This document shows positions 26,021 to 39,100 of a stretch of 64,000 nucleotides of DNA, piece after piece (position 1 is the first letter of the stretch; each line of letters starts with the position of its first letter). The DNA comes from Hyphochytrium catenoides (taxonomy: Eukaryota > Protista > Hyphochytriomycota), in assembly GCA_900088475.1 (NCBI GenBank), contig FLMG01001546.1, forward strand, positions 1 through 64,000. Direction: 5' to 3'. The notes under the pieces are model-generated. The model saw nothing but the letters and a program-made list of their open reading frames with translations. It did no database searches and was not told where the DNA came from. The position numbers and the translations under genes were made by a program.

Positions 26021-26825
26021 ATGGTTCTTTCGAGCGGAACACGCTCTCGCAGATACAGATTTTCTATGGTCTGTGCCAATAATGTGAATAGGAGTACGGA
26101 AGCGCATGACCGCCTCTATGCCGCTGGAATGGATGTGCAGAGCTTTGGTGCTGGAACCAAAGTCCAATTCCCAGGGCCACGTAAAAATGACCCAAGAGTG
26201 TACGAGTTCGGAACTCCATACGAGAAGATGTATGCGGATCTGAAGGCGGAGAATGAGGAGCTGTAAGAATATGCTGGCTTCGAAGGCAATTGTTCTTGAT
26301 CATTGACCTCTAGAATAACAGGTTCACGAGAAACGGCGTTCTGGCAATGCTGGAGAGAGACATGAAGACCAAACGAGCTCCGCAACGGTGGCAAGAGCAG
26401 CCTCTGCAAACCATTGCGGGCCTCGACGTCGTGGTTTGCTTCGAGGACCGAATTTGGGATCTAGTTGTCGATGGTACGATGGGCCTTGACCTAATGTGAC
26501 TGGACGCATCACTAAGGAAGAGGCCACCTCTCTCCTAGATTTGCAAAGCAGAGATTACGAGGAGCTGAAGGCCGTTCACGTTATTTGCATGGACATCATT
26601 GACTCTCCTGAAGGCGCCAAGAGCGGCGGTGCACTCGCTCTTCAACTCTGCCAAGAGGTATTCTCATTGTGTTGCGTCGAGAGCGGCATTGTTGCTAACT
26701 ACGTCTTTACTCTCTCACAAAAGATCGAGAAGCTCAACGATCTAGAATCTCAGCTCCCTGATTTAATCGAGCTATTCGAGGACAAACACAATATCAAGAT
26801 GCTGTACGGACAGCAATACGTATGA
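26021..26825 (+). CDS. SSU72: RNA polymerase II CTD phosphatase Ssu72, 4 exons
   Basis: Catalytic CX5R motif VCANNVNRSTEAH, SFGAGTKVQFPG, YEFGTPYEKMYADL, NGVLAMLERD..KRAPQRWQ, DVVVCFEDRIWDLVVDDL and MDIID. Introns are GT-AG. Confidence 0.95.
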
Positions 26826-27160
26826 GTAGTCCCATCCCACGACCAGGTTTCAACCTGAGGGTCCAGCCACGACGGCGTCTACAACCCAAAGCCGACCCAG
26901 GGGTACTTTGCTATAGAGCATGCTTCAAGTGTACCGAGCAGTAGGTGATAGGTAGAGAAGAGTTGCTAGCCAACTACATTTTAAGGGGTATTGACCAACT
27001 TCTAGGGCTCCCACAGTAAGGACCAGGCCTAGATGAACTAAGGGTAGTAGGGGTTCGAGCGGACAGAGCTATGTTACCTTGAGTAATGAAGGCCATCTAC
27101 TATGATTTATTTCAAAGCTGACAGACCCTGTACTGCCCTACATCAATAGCACCTCCACAT

Positions 27161-27925
27161 TTAAGCGGTCAAGAGGCACGCTCCTCCTGCAGCTTTAATC
27201 TTCTTCTCAGCCTGCATTGAGATGGAGCCGATTAACACACGAATTACACTATACATACAGAATAGAGCTTTGCGGCGCTCACCTCCTGGCTGAAGAACTT
27301 CGCCTTTACGATTACAGGGAGCTTTGGCAGACGGCCCTTGCCAAGGACCTTGAAATAGCCAGCCTTGGTGACGTCAATGACAGGTGCCTTGCCCTCGCTG
27401 TTAGCAGCAAGGGTCTTGGTCTGCTCGGACACGAGGGTCCAGAGCTTGTCGATGTTGATAACCGGGCAGTAGTCACGGTTCTTCAACAGGTGGAATCGTC
27501 TCATACCGACCTTTCCGAAGTAACCAGGATGGAACTTGTCGAAAAGGATTCTGTGGTGGTGCTGACCTCCAGCATTACCGCGACCGCCAGGATGGCATCG
27601 GTGCTTACCGATACGTCCGTGACCGGCACTTACGTGGCCGCGCTTCTTGCGGTTCTTTGACAGACGGGTCGGCTACAGAACGAAAGAAGCATCGTCAGCT
27701 CCATCTACACTGATGAACGAACGCAGAGGGAGCAGTACAGTCTGTCCGAGGGCATATTGGGCAGGAGGTCATTCTTGTCACCCATTTCCCTATTAGTTCC
27801 TTGCGTGCCTTCAACAAGCTCCCAACCTCCTCTAATCCACACCTTGCTACTAATCTCCACTCCTATGTTCTGCCAATAAATGAACCCACTCCAATAAGTG
27901 GGCGCTCGGGCCAGTCACTTACCAT
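27161..27925 (-). CDS. RPL27A: 60S ribosomal protein L27a (uL15), 3 exons
   Basis: ATG|intron, then [58 protein letters not shown]...[21 protein letters not shown]|[16 protein letters not shown]. Confidence 0.98.
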
Positions 27926-28865
27926 GATGACTATGATGTAGGGCTCGCCTTCAGTTAGGATCTGAATGGAGGCCGAAGAAGTGCTGACAGCACGTAAGAG
28001 CTCCAGACGCTCCTACTTACCAAGACTTCGAGTCATTGCTCGCGCTGGCGCCGCCACCAGAGTCGCGCCGTCATAATAAGGCACCAGTGCGGCAGTAGTA
28101 ATACCCCTATTATAGTATAAACCCATGTAATCTACTGCTTCTGGTACTAGTACGTTCGCCTTATTGCCCTTAGTCATACAGTTCATCAATCCCATGATTG
28201 GCTGACCACGATTCACTCAGGACTACCCCTGGAGTGAATGTAATTTAACAGAGTGAATTGACAGGGAAATTTGATATGAATGTTTATTGTCGCATTTTTG
28301 GCAGTTATTGACATCCGTTACATGGTGACAGGATCTTGCCCTTTCCCGAGCAGCCCACGGCCCACAGGAGCTCAGGAGCTCAGGAGCACGGACGAGAGTT
28401 CAATAAGAAACTCTGAGCTTGTCTGAGGGCCTCTGCTCTCCTTCTCCTTCCCTCTCTCCGTCTCTCTGTCTCACTTCAATGACCAGGCTTGGGTCTCACT
28501 CTTATTGTACTAGGCTTGGGGGTTGATCGGCAAGCCTAGCTTGTCGCTACAAGGAGTATTAGAGGCCATCTGGAGGCCATGCCAGAGGGTTAATACGCTG
28601 CAACACTTAGATGGCTAGTCCTATGTCCGCCTAGCAGCTTAGAAATGTGCCAAGAAGGGCCAGGAGGGGAAGCACTTCCACAGCATCTCTCGTCATTTTC
28701 CTGCCTTTGAGCTCTCTCTTCCTCCTTCAGTAAGCAGCAAGCTTAGTATAACACGGCTGGGCCCATGAGGGCGAAGGAGTGCTGGACTCCCTAGCCGACT
28801 ACACCTTGCTGAGGTGGTGATCAGAGCTGAGACCACTTTCGAGATTTCTCATATTTCTCGGCGCA

Positions 28866-31800
28866 ATGTCGACGGACATCCAACGGAGCGGTTCCCCTTC
28901 TTCTCCCGCGCGTCCGTCTTCCGTTCCGGAACAACAGGCTCCGCAGTCACCCTATAAATCCCGTCTAGAAGTACCTTCCAAGCCTCCTCCAATCCCTTCA
29001 CGCCTCTCTGTGGAGACATCCAAGCTTATCGCATTCGTAGCTGAGAGTGTGCGGGCAGGTGGACAGGGTCTCCTTTCTTCCAGCCGTATAAGGAACGAGT
29101 GCATACGCCCTGAAAGTGCTCGACTCTCCCGTGTGCCAGCGCTAACGCTGGAGGACATGGGATGGAAAGGACAGGTACTAAAGGGAGATAAGAAGAGCAA
29201 GAAAAGACTAAGAAGGCCACAGTCAGCGAGAACGAAGACTCCAAGACAGACGAAGATGGCCAACTCTTTCCCTTTAGCTGCCCTCAGCCCTGGGAAGACG
29301 AGGACAAAGGTGGATGTCTTACACATGGAGCAAGGTTGGAACCCTAACATTCCTGTCACAGAAAGGAGAATCGCAGATTTCAACTCTCTCACGCCCAGGT
29401 AGACGGAATCCGCTGTTCTGCCTGCTAAAGCTCTATTATCTTCCTCTGTTACTGAGTTTGCGGGCTGCATCAACGCGTTCTGTGCAGCTTTATCGACGTC
29501 CTTTCTGCTTCCTTGCTGATCAGCCTTTTGTCCTGATCTAATCGCCGTCGTGCTATTCAGAGAGCTGTCGAGACTCAAAGGCTTCGAAACAGCTAAGTTA
29601 AAACAAAGTCCTCTTGCCTCACCCTCAAAAGTGAGTGCTCAGAAGTCACCCGAGAAAGTTCCAGCTCCTGAGTCTATACACATCAAGCCTCTGGAAGGAA
29701 GGTGAGACTATCGCTTTGTTCGAGTCCTTTCCACGATCACTCCGGAATGTTACCTTTCTGAGGATTTCTTGACCTCTCATGCTCTCTCTACCACTGCGTT
29801 AATGACCCGCGTCTTCCTTCTTCGCTTCAGTGATCCACGCTTGGAGCTAGACGTGTTAAAGAAGATCCTTATCCGAGAAGGACTATTGAACCGCTTGAAT
29901 GACCACGCTCGAAGAATGTTGGGAGGAGAGGAAGTAGTTTTACGGAACGCAGAAGGCTCAGGCTTGCTAGATCTTCTGGTGCAGGTTAGAGCGGCATCGG
30001 TGGAGGTGGTAGAGGCAGTAGTCAGCTGGAGAAAGGTAAGACTAGCGTTTAGCGTGATCCAACTCTATCTTCCCAAGCCGACTCCTCATTATGGATTCCA
30101 TCAAATCTGTCTATGGGTGGCCCCTGGTCTTTCACTCTGGCTCTTTCCCTCTTCCCTACACATTTCTAATATCATCGTATCTGTCCATGCTGCAACCTAT
30201 TCACGCTGGTCAAAAGTCTTTCATTTCTTTCATTCTAGCTAAACTCACTTCGCTTCTTTGTCCATCCTCCTGTTCGCTTGTGCTAACATCTAGAAACTTC
30301 CAACGCCGACCGGTTTCTTGTACAACGGGCGAAACTACCTGCTGAAGATGAAGTCGGATATGGACTTTCTTTCGACCGTTCTCCCGCTTGTCGAAGCTTT
30401 AGGTGTTCAGCCCTCGGCCATGGTCAGCAATCCCTTCATGATGCCGAAGAACTTGGACGAGAGACGGGCGGAGCTAGAACGCGAAGAAGCAGATGCTAAA
30501 CGCACAGAAGCCATGAACCAAGGGAGCGAAAAGGAGGACGAGAGCGTTGCCAGGAGAGGGGGAGAGGAGGGGCCGAGGGATGACCAGCAAAGAATTGCCG
30601 AAGCAGAGAAGGTTGTCATGCTAGAATTCAAGGTCTACGCGAAAGAGGGTCAGCCTGGGGTTCCAGCTACCAATGGCTTCTCCCACGTTAGGGCGGGAGT
30701 GAAACTTAACCCTTTGAATCCTGGAGAAGATGGGAAACCTCCTCCGTTTCCCTATCCTTCCTCGTCTCTTGATACTCCTTCATCTGCTCGGCATGGGCGT
30801 CTGCCAACTCTTGATATAACCCCGCGACAGAAGGGAAGCGCTAAAGAAGCATTGCTATCCTCTCCGCTTATTCCTAAGGCTGACCGGAGGAAAAGGAAAG
30901 CCAAGGAACAAAGGGAGAGCAAGATATCGGCTCAAAAGCCTCCCAAGAGCAATCAGAAAAGTGAGAAGAAGGCGCAGAGCAGCCCACTGAGGAAGCAGCT
31001 CGATGTTTTGTACCAGAAAGCCATACAGGAGAACGAGAACCTCCAAGATGGGAACAAAAACGAGCATGAGATCCGGAGTAGGACCAGTGACGTCGCTTTG
31101 CGTGATGGAAACATGAAAAAGAGAGAAGGAAGTGCGAAGAAGCGATTAGTTCCTCAAAGACGTCCGCCTGGGAGCGCGAAGGCACTATCAGAAGGCACCC
31201 TCAAGGAGATGGAAAGTGCGGCAGACATCACTGCGGCAGAGAAGCTAACCTTGGAAGAGATTAAATCCCTCTCGCTCCTTCAGCAGCCACCTCAGATTAT
31301 CGCTCTCGTTTGCGCAACCACTATTATCCTCCTTTCCCCTGCAGAAGCTGTTCCTGATAGTAGCTGGGGGGCAGTTCAAAGAGCAATGAACGACGAGGAG
31401 GCTTTTCTATCTCGTCTTCGGAGCTTTGACGCCCTAAACATCCCTTCCTTCAAAGTCCGAGCTCTCATCCCGTTTCTCAGCAACCCTCAGTTCCGTCCCA
31501 CTCAACTTCTTTCCCTTTCGTCTGCAGCATCAAAGCTCTGTGCCTGGGTGCTCGCAGTATTAAAGAATGAGGAATACAGGCTGTGGCTGTCAGGGGCCAA
31601 GGAGGAGGACAAAGGAAGAGAGCAAAGTGCCAACGGAAAAGCTCCTGGGACAGCAATGGCAGGAAAGAGGAGCACTACACCCAGTGGCCAAAGGGGAGCC
31701 AGTCCTAGCAGAACGCCTCCACTTCCATCGTCCTCTCTTCATAAAGGTAGGCCTTCATCTGCCAGACCTGAGTCTCGGACGCGGGGAGGGGCGAATGCCG

Positions 31801-33961
31801 GGAACGTCAAATTAGCAGCAGCAGCAGGACCTGCAACCAAATCCAGCAATTCTAGAGCGTCGAGCAGAGGACGAGCTAATAGTAAAGAAGAGGAACATGG
31901 GCTTGACAAAGGGAAACCAGCTGTCCAGCGCCCGTCGTCCAGAAAAGAAGCTACGAAAGCACATCTTCCGCCTTCTGCTTCGAACGCAAAGTCTCGTCAA
32001 GGCAAGCCGAAAGATGTAAACTCCAGTCAAAAGGGGATAACAAGAGACATCAAAAGTCACGGAAAGGAAGGAGGACCTGGTAGCAAGAAAAAGGAAGAGC
32101 CAGCTACATCATCTTCTCCAGATCCTGCCCGCAGCGGCTTATCAGATTTGGCTAGGGCTGAGATAAGAAGCCAAGCCGAAGTTCTGGTTCAAGCCGCCGT
32201 CCAATGTGTGGTTACTAGCCATGGACAAAGTCTAAAGAGAGAGAGCGAGGGTGAGGAGGATAGAAGAATTGAAATATCCTTGGCCCAGAAGAACGAGACG
32301 TCGGAGAAATCTGTTACTCAGCCACGTCTCCTTGATGAGCTGAAGGAACCTGTGCCTTCCCCTGCAGCCTTGAGTAGTGAAGTGCAAGGGTTGATGAAGA
32401 GCGAAAAAAGGAACGCTGGAGGTCCTGTTTACGCAGATGACTTCGACCGAGACGACAGGATTAACTCTTCTCAGCTCGTTACTGCGCCATCATATGAAAA
32501 AAGGAGAACGGAAGATTCACACAAGACCGGCAGCGTGGAGGAGATTGCGATGAAGAACGAGTCATCGGAAGAGTCTCCAAACGGTCTACGATCTCCCTTA
32601 GATGCCGAGGGAATTGAGGGTTATGGTGAAGACTTTGAGACCGGGGAACACCTGGAGACCCTTTCGCCACCTCCTTTATCCTCTCGCCCCTCCCCATCTA
32701 CGCTTACAATCGAAGAGCAGACACAGGCCCGTTATCCGACGACATCAATAGAAGTAGAACAGGAGGGTGTTCAGGTAGCCGACGGAACGTCGGAACAACC
32801 AACAGAGCTTAGTAGAGACGCGGTCACCCGCGAAGAAAGTAGATCAGAAACAGTGGAAACGCCACCTGCGCAGATCCAAACGAGTGGTCGACAGGGGGAA
32901 GACGAAAGTAAGGTGCAGGGAAGGAAAGACAAAGGGAATGGACATGTGGAGGCGACGAGTGAGAAGCTTACAATTCACGGCGCAGTGGACACTATGGTAC
33001 AAAGCCTTCTGGCCTCCGCCGTCAGCAACTGTTCTAGACAACAGAAACAGAACGGAACGATGAGCGCCCCACTCTACCAGGACGAGAACGACAAAGAACA
33101 ACAAAGAAGGAGTAGCAGTCAGCAAGTAAGCAGAACTTTCATTGAGGGTCTGATGTCAGGCGCCATTGAGAAAACTGGCTTAGCGCCAGTACTAACACGA
33201 GGAGAGTCCCAATCAACAGGTCGGTGGCAGGTCTCTGCCTTTCGATGTCCTCTACCTTGGATAGTGTCTTTCCGTCATCCCTAATTCGGCCTCCGCTCTC
33301 TGTTAATCCAGCGCTCGCTTTGTTGAATAATCTTCTTTAGTTTCTCTTGACCCTCAGTTCTTATCTCTTATCGTACTCTCTAACTACGTATTGTGCTCTC
33401 ACATTCCATTATATCCACCTAAATAGCTGAGCTGTGCACCTCTCTGGCTGTGCCGTGTCGTCATTTACTCCTCACGTTGGGTTCTTAACTTCGTCTTCGC
33501 GCATGTCTTTAGGCTTTGATGAGACAGAGAGCCTAGTGAAGAGCCTCTCAGAGATTTCTTCTCGTCTGGAGAGCAAATTGGACGACGAAGCCTTCAGGAA
33601 AGCGTCTACTATGGCAGTATCAGAGACCGAACAGAAAGAGGAGGAGGACGACAACCTTCTACCGCCCATANNNNNNNNNNNNACGATGACTGTGAAAGAG
33701 GAGGACGGGCGTACAGAAGGCCAGCCTGAAGCCACGATGTCCACGTCTACCTCCCTTCCTGCCTCAACAAACATGGAAGTCCCCACAAACCCTGAGGAAA
33801 CAAGCGCAACAACTTTCTCTTCTGCTCAACAACCGAGCATAGAGCCTCTCCCTGCATCAGATGAGATGGGCAAAACACCGACTCCTCCAACAGAGGACAC
33901 AGCCCCGGAAATTCGCTCTCCAGAGGGAGAGAATGAGGGCTATGAAGAGGATTTTGAGTAA
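28866..33961 (+). CDS. Large, mostly disordered protein with a structured N-terminal helical domain and a stand-alone dynein MTBD-like domain, 5 exons
   Basis: Exons ~28866-29398, 29561-29701, 29831-30034, 30294-33219 and 33513-33961, all GT-AG. Structured segments: ELDVLKKILIREGLL...VEVVEAVVSWRK...FLYNGRNYLLKMKSDMDFL...NPF and LTLEEIKSL..LQQPPQII..VC..SWGAVQRAM..FLSRLRSFD..F.P..L..LSSAASKLCAWVLAV. Confidence 0.8.
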
Positions 33962-34264
33962 TGTCGGGGCGGAAAGAGACTGCCTTTGTATTAGAGTTTA
34001 AACAATGCAGTAGCTACTGCTATGAAACAACAAAAAGAATAGCAAGGAGGATCACTAGCTAGTACATGAAGGCATGTTACTGGGTTGGGATAGCGGGAAG
34101 TATAGCAAGGATGCTGTCAGTCTCTTAAGGACTTCGCAATCTCAAATCATGGGCAGCTAACTTCATGGCGCTCCCCCTCATAAATAACCACTTACATACG
34201 CCTCCTATCTCAAAACTGTGGCCTTGTAATTTGAAGAGAAGCAAGGACGACACGGAGAAGGGGC

Positions 34265-35520
34265 TCAACAATCGTCGATAACAATCACCTCCACAGGGTC
34301 TACGTGCGACCCTTGAGACACCTTTGAAGTCGTGTCTTCAATTCCCACGATGCGAGGAGCAGCAGAGGGGCTGATGGGACCTGCCCTCTGCTCTTCCGTC
34401 AACCGCCTCTGAGCAAAGTAAGAAGCACTCAGGAGTAGTAGGGAGATTTACCATGTTATATATTTTTCCTACCTTCTTTGCAGGTGTGAAACCAAGCTTG
34501 TTTTTAGCTAGAAGCCGTTGAGAGCGCATATCTTCCTTCTTCTGCAATGCCGCAGCTAACCTTCTCAACCACAATGTCAGGAGAAGAAACACAGCACAAT
34601 TGGGAAGTCTAGACCTTCTGTCCTCGTCTTCAATGGATTGACTGGCATCATCAGGATTAGTAGAGTCCACATCAAGGACGATTGTGTTTTCTGAAGGAGC
34701 AAAGCCTCGCGTATGCAGAGTTCTAGCCAACTCTTCGTCTCGTCGCTGCGCAGCTTTAGTCAGTAAGGATGAGGATGGGTAAGGATAGTTCTAGTGTGCA
34801 AGGTCAACCTACCGCATCTTCTTGTCTCCGAAGAAGAGCTTGTGCGTCTGGGTCCGAAGCTAGAAACCTTAGAGTCTGTTCTTCTTCTTCTTTCTTTTGA
34901 CGAGCAAGCTCCTCCTCCCGTCGCCGTTGCTGTTGCTCTAGGTGCTCTTTCAGTTCTCCCGGTGCAGGTGCACACTATAACAATTAAGGGATCAGCACTG
35001 GTACCTCCGAGCAGGTGGTAACAGGCAGTACGTCTCTGTACCAGATGTCTCTTTTGTGAACCCTGCGCACAGTCCGACCAGGGCTCAACCTCCAGGTCGC
35101 AACCTTGTTCGTCACCACCTTCTTCCGCGGACTCGTTTCCTAAATCCTCTGCCAACCTTCTGTAGGCCCGTTTTGGAAATCTATCCTGGATCTCAGCCCA
35201 TAAATCTTCATTAACCTTACACAGGGTAACTTCAGCATTAGGATTTAGCAGGATGAACGCGAAACCTTCATTACCTTGCTATTAGACCTTCGGAGGAAGC
35301 CTACGATCCGTTTTCGACATAGTGGGCATTCTGATGAGGTCAAACTTACGGACCTCTCGCAGCACAACAAGCTGCGAGACAGCTTTATAAGTTTATTATC
35401 TGGCCACAAGATTCTTCGAAGAACTTACCAGATATTTTTTGTGCAGCAAGGCAGCTTAACGGGTCGACAAAGGAGGTCCAGGCAGATAGGACAATTATAT
35501 GATAGTGCCTCTTCTCCCAT
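34265..35520 (-). CDS. RNF168/RNF169-like RING E3 ubiquitin ligase, ~7 exons
   Basis: Spliced: MGEEALSYNCPICLDLLCRPVKLPCCTKNICLLCCERSVSLTSSECPLCRKRIVGFLRRSNSKVNEDLWAEIQDRFPKR...APGELKEHLEQQQRRREEELARQKKEEEEQTLRFL...RRDEELARTLH...DPVEVIVIDDC*. The ORF track misses it as a unit. Confidence 0.8.
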
Positions 35521-36198
35521 CCCAGGAAGACTGATCCGTCCGCGAGACGCCACTCACGACCGGCGACCGGCAGACGCCAGAGGTTGCTCCATCCGTAGGA
35601 AAGGCAAAGGCATAAACACTAGTGCGAGGTGTGGTTCTAAAGCTGGCACCGACTGAAGATCAGATAAGGCTCATTATGATGAGCACCAACTGCAGCAATA
35701 ATAATGATGCAACAAGCACAATTCTCCTGCTTCATCATCGCATCATCACTGTCATCGCAAACACAGCCGCGGCAGATGTCCGGTAACCGCCATTTGCAAA
35801 AACTAAGAAGGCTCATGGTAAAGGATTATCAATTGACTAGTTTGATTTCATTGATTCTTTCTCTGATTCCGTCAAGGATTTCTCTGTGCGATTAACGGCT
35901 TCTCATCATTCAAGCATTATTACTTCCATGTGCAGGGGATGTATGAGTGTGTTGAGACCCCATCTGACACGAGTACTATTAATGAAGGGGAATCTGACCC
36001 TCTAACCCCAGCCTTGTTTCCTCTGTTTTCTATGGCCCCTCCGCCCTCTCGCTTGGGTCACAGAGCACACTTCAAGGTTTTCTACCACGTGGCTGCGTGA
36101 CAAGGGAGCAAGCGGTGTAGCTGCTACGAGTACTCTCCCTCGAAGGTTAGAAGTCTGCTTGCACTGTGACTAGGAGAGCTAGATACTGTGTAAGACCT

Positions 36199-39100
36199 AT
36201 GGAAAGACCTGAAAAAGCCCACATCCTGGTAGCCTCTGTAATGTGAGGGATCCTAAACCTACCCCGCTTAAGGACAACCTAGTAACCTGACCCACACCAT
36301 ATGCCCCAGGTTTATGAGATTCCCGAGATATCCATTATTACATCTGCGTTAACTATATCCTGATAGTTAACCGTCTGGAGGATCTGTCTACCGCATAAAA
36401 TCTTGGGCTAACAAAGCGTGAGGGGATTGCTAGCGCCCGCCCCAGCCGCTTGGCGCTGGCTCCATCCACAACCCCAGCACACTGTAGGGACATCGCCTTC
36501 CTGGCTCTGTTGCACCCGCTAAATCTGCTCCTCTCTGTCCGCTCGCGGTGCGTGAGGTCTTTCTCTGTTGCTTTCTCTCTCTCCAACCACATACTAATCG
36601 ATTCCTCTCCCTCTCTCAACTGGGATTGACTGTTGGAGCTTGAACATTCATTTCGTGTCTCCTTGGCTACCGCTATCACGGTTCGGCCAGGACGCGCTGA
36701 CTCTATCAACAGGCAGGTCCCCAAGCTTCCTCCCAATTGAAAGACTTAGTTTTGCTTCCTCGAATTGTTATCCTCTCTTACACCACAGCAGTCCACTACT
36801 CAGATTTCGTTGTCCGCCCACAAGGGTGCCTGGCTGTAGCGTGTAAGGATGGGGACCTCAGAGGAACCTAGATATGAAGTGGTACGTTAGCAAAGAAAGG
36901 AGCTATGGCTATAATAATGGACTAACGGCGCTTCTGTCTACAGCTGAAAACTGGTGAAGTTCTCAAGCACTTTAACGTGGAAGCCTCCAAAGGCTTAGAT
37001 GATGCTACGGTGGCAGCAAGACTGAAGCAGTACGGACTGAATGAACTGGACAAGGAGGAGAAGACCCCTTTGTGGAAGCTTGTCTTGGAGCAATTTGATG
37101 ACACCTTAGTGAAGATCCTGTTAGCTGCGGCCATGGTGTCCTTCGCTTTAGCTTTCACCGATGACAACTCTCACGAGGGTATAACGGCATACGTAGAGCC
37201 GTTGGTCATTCTGATCATTCTTATCCTGAACGCAGTGGTTGGGGTTTGGCAGGAGAGCAATGCGGAGGCAGCGCTGGAGGCCCTTAAAGAGCTTCAGCCG
37301 CTCCACGCAAGGGTTAGACGCAATGGAGAGCTTATGACCATCGAGTCGAAGTTCTTGGTACCGGGCGATATCGTTGAGGTGCGTGTGGGAGACAAAGTCC
37401 CCGCAGACATGCGTCTCCTATCTCTTAACACTACCACTATGAGAATCGACCAGTCTCAGATGACCGGAGAGAGCACAAGTGTTATGAAAGATGCCGATGC
37501 ACTCCCAGCATCCACTGAGGATGTCATCCAAGCAAAGACAAACATGCTCTTCGCAACCACCACTGTGACCAACGGCATCGGAACAGCGGTTGTGGTCCGC
37601 ATAGGTATGGCCACCGAGATCGGAAAGATCCAAGCTTCAGTTCAGCAAGCTGCAGAGGAGGAGGAGGACACTCCTTTGAAGAAAAAACTGGACGAGTTTG
37701 GAGAGACTTTGTCCAAGGTCATCGGCGTTGTCTGTATCTTGGTGTGGGCGATCAACTACCGGAACTTTTTTGATCCTGCACATGGCTCTGTCTTCAAGGG
37801 CTGCATCTACTACTTCAAGATTGCAGTGGCATTGGCTGTCGCGGCCATTCCTGAGGGCCTGCCGGCTGTCATTACGACCTGTCTTGCGCTTGGAACCAGA
37901 AAAATGGCAAAGAAGAACGCCATTGTCCGCAAGTTGCCCTCAGTAGAGACTCTTGGGTGCACTACTGTTATTTGCTCGGACAAGACTGGAACTCTTACCA
38001 CGAACGAGATGTGTGTAAGGGACTTCAATGTTCTAGGGTCGAAGGCGACAGAGCTGGTGCACTATGAGGTACCCGGCGATTCTTATTCGCCTGAGTATTC
38101 TGTAGAGGGGCTCAAGCATATATCTGCCAAAGACCTCGGTCTCATTGACTTTTGTAAGGTTGCATCCTTGTGCAATGAGTCTCAGATTGAGTACGTCCAC
38201 GGGAAGTATGTTCGCGTCGGAGAACCGACAGAGGCCGCTCTGAAAGTACTGAGTGAGAAGATTGGCGTTCCGGACAGCACAGGTCGCGACATCAACAACA
38301 AGGCTGGCTATGCTTCGTTTTGCAGCAAATATTGGACTGGCAAGTTTAGAAAGATCGCCACTCTGGAGTTTTCTCGTGACAGGAAGTCTATGAGCGTAAT
38401 CTGCTCCCCAGTGTTTGAGAAAAATCTGCGCAGTGGCACCAAGAACGTTCTCCTGGTAAAGGGTGCTCCCGAGGGTATTATTCAGCGCTGTACGCATGCC
38501 AAGCTACGCGATGGCAGTGTGGTTCCATTCACTAAAGAGGCCAAGGAAGTAGTAACCAAGCAGGTCACCTCTTACGCTCTGGAAGCTCTCCGTTGCCTTG
38601 CCTTTGCGGTGAAGGAAGACCTTGGGCCGCTGGCAGACTACGATGGCTCCAAATCCCACCCTGCGCATGCGAAACTTACCCAGGTGGATGAATTTGCAAA
38701 GGTAGAAAGTGACATGATTTTCGTGGGGCTTGCTGCAATGCTGGACCCACCACGCCCAGAAGTCAGGCAGTCAATTCAGACCGCCCATGAGGCTGGAATT
38801 CGTGTCATTGTGATCACTGGCGATAATAAGCTGACTGCAGAGTCAATCTGCAGAAAAATTGGTGTCTTTGAGGATGATGAAGACCTTACTGGCAAGTCGT
38901 TTACTGGAGGTGACTTCTTCAAGCTCAGCGACAATGAGCAAATTCGTTACCTCACAGAAGGGGGAGGAGGAAGGGTCTTCTCTCGCACCGAGCCTGCTCA
39001 CAAGCAAGCTCTAGTTAAGATGCTGAAACAACAGGGCCACATTGTAGCTATGACGGGTGATGGAGTCAATGACGCGCCAGCGTTGAAGCAGGCGGATATC

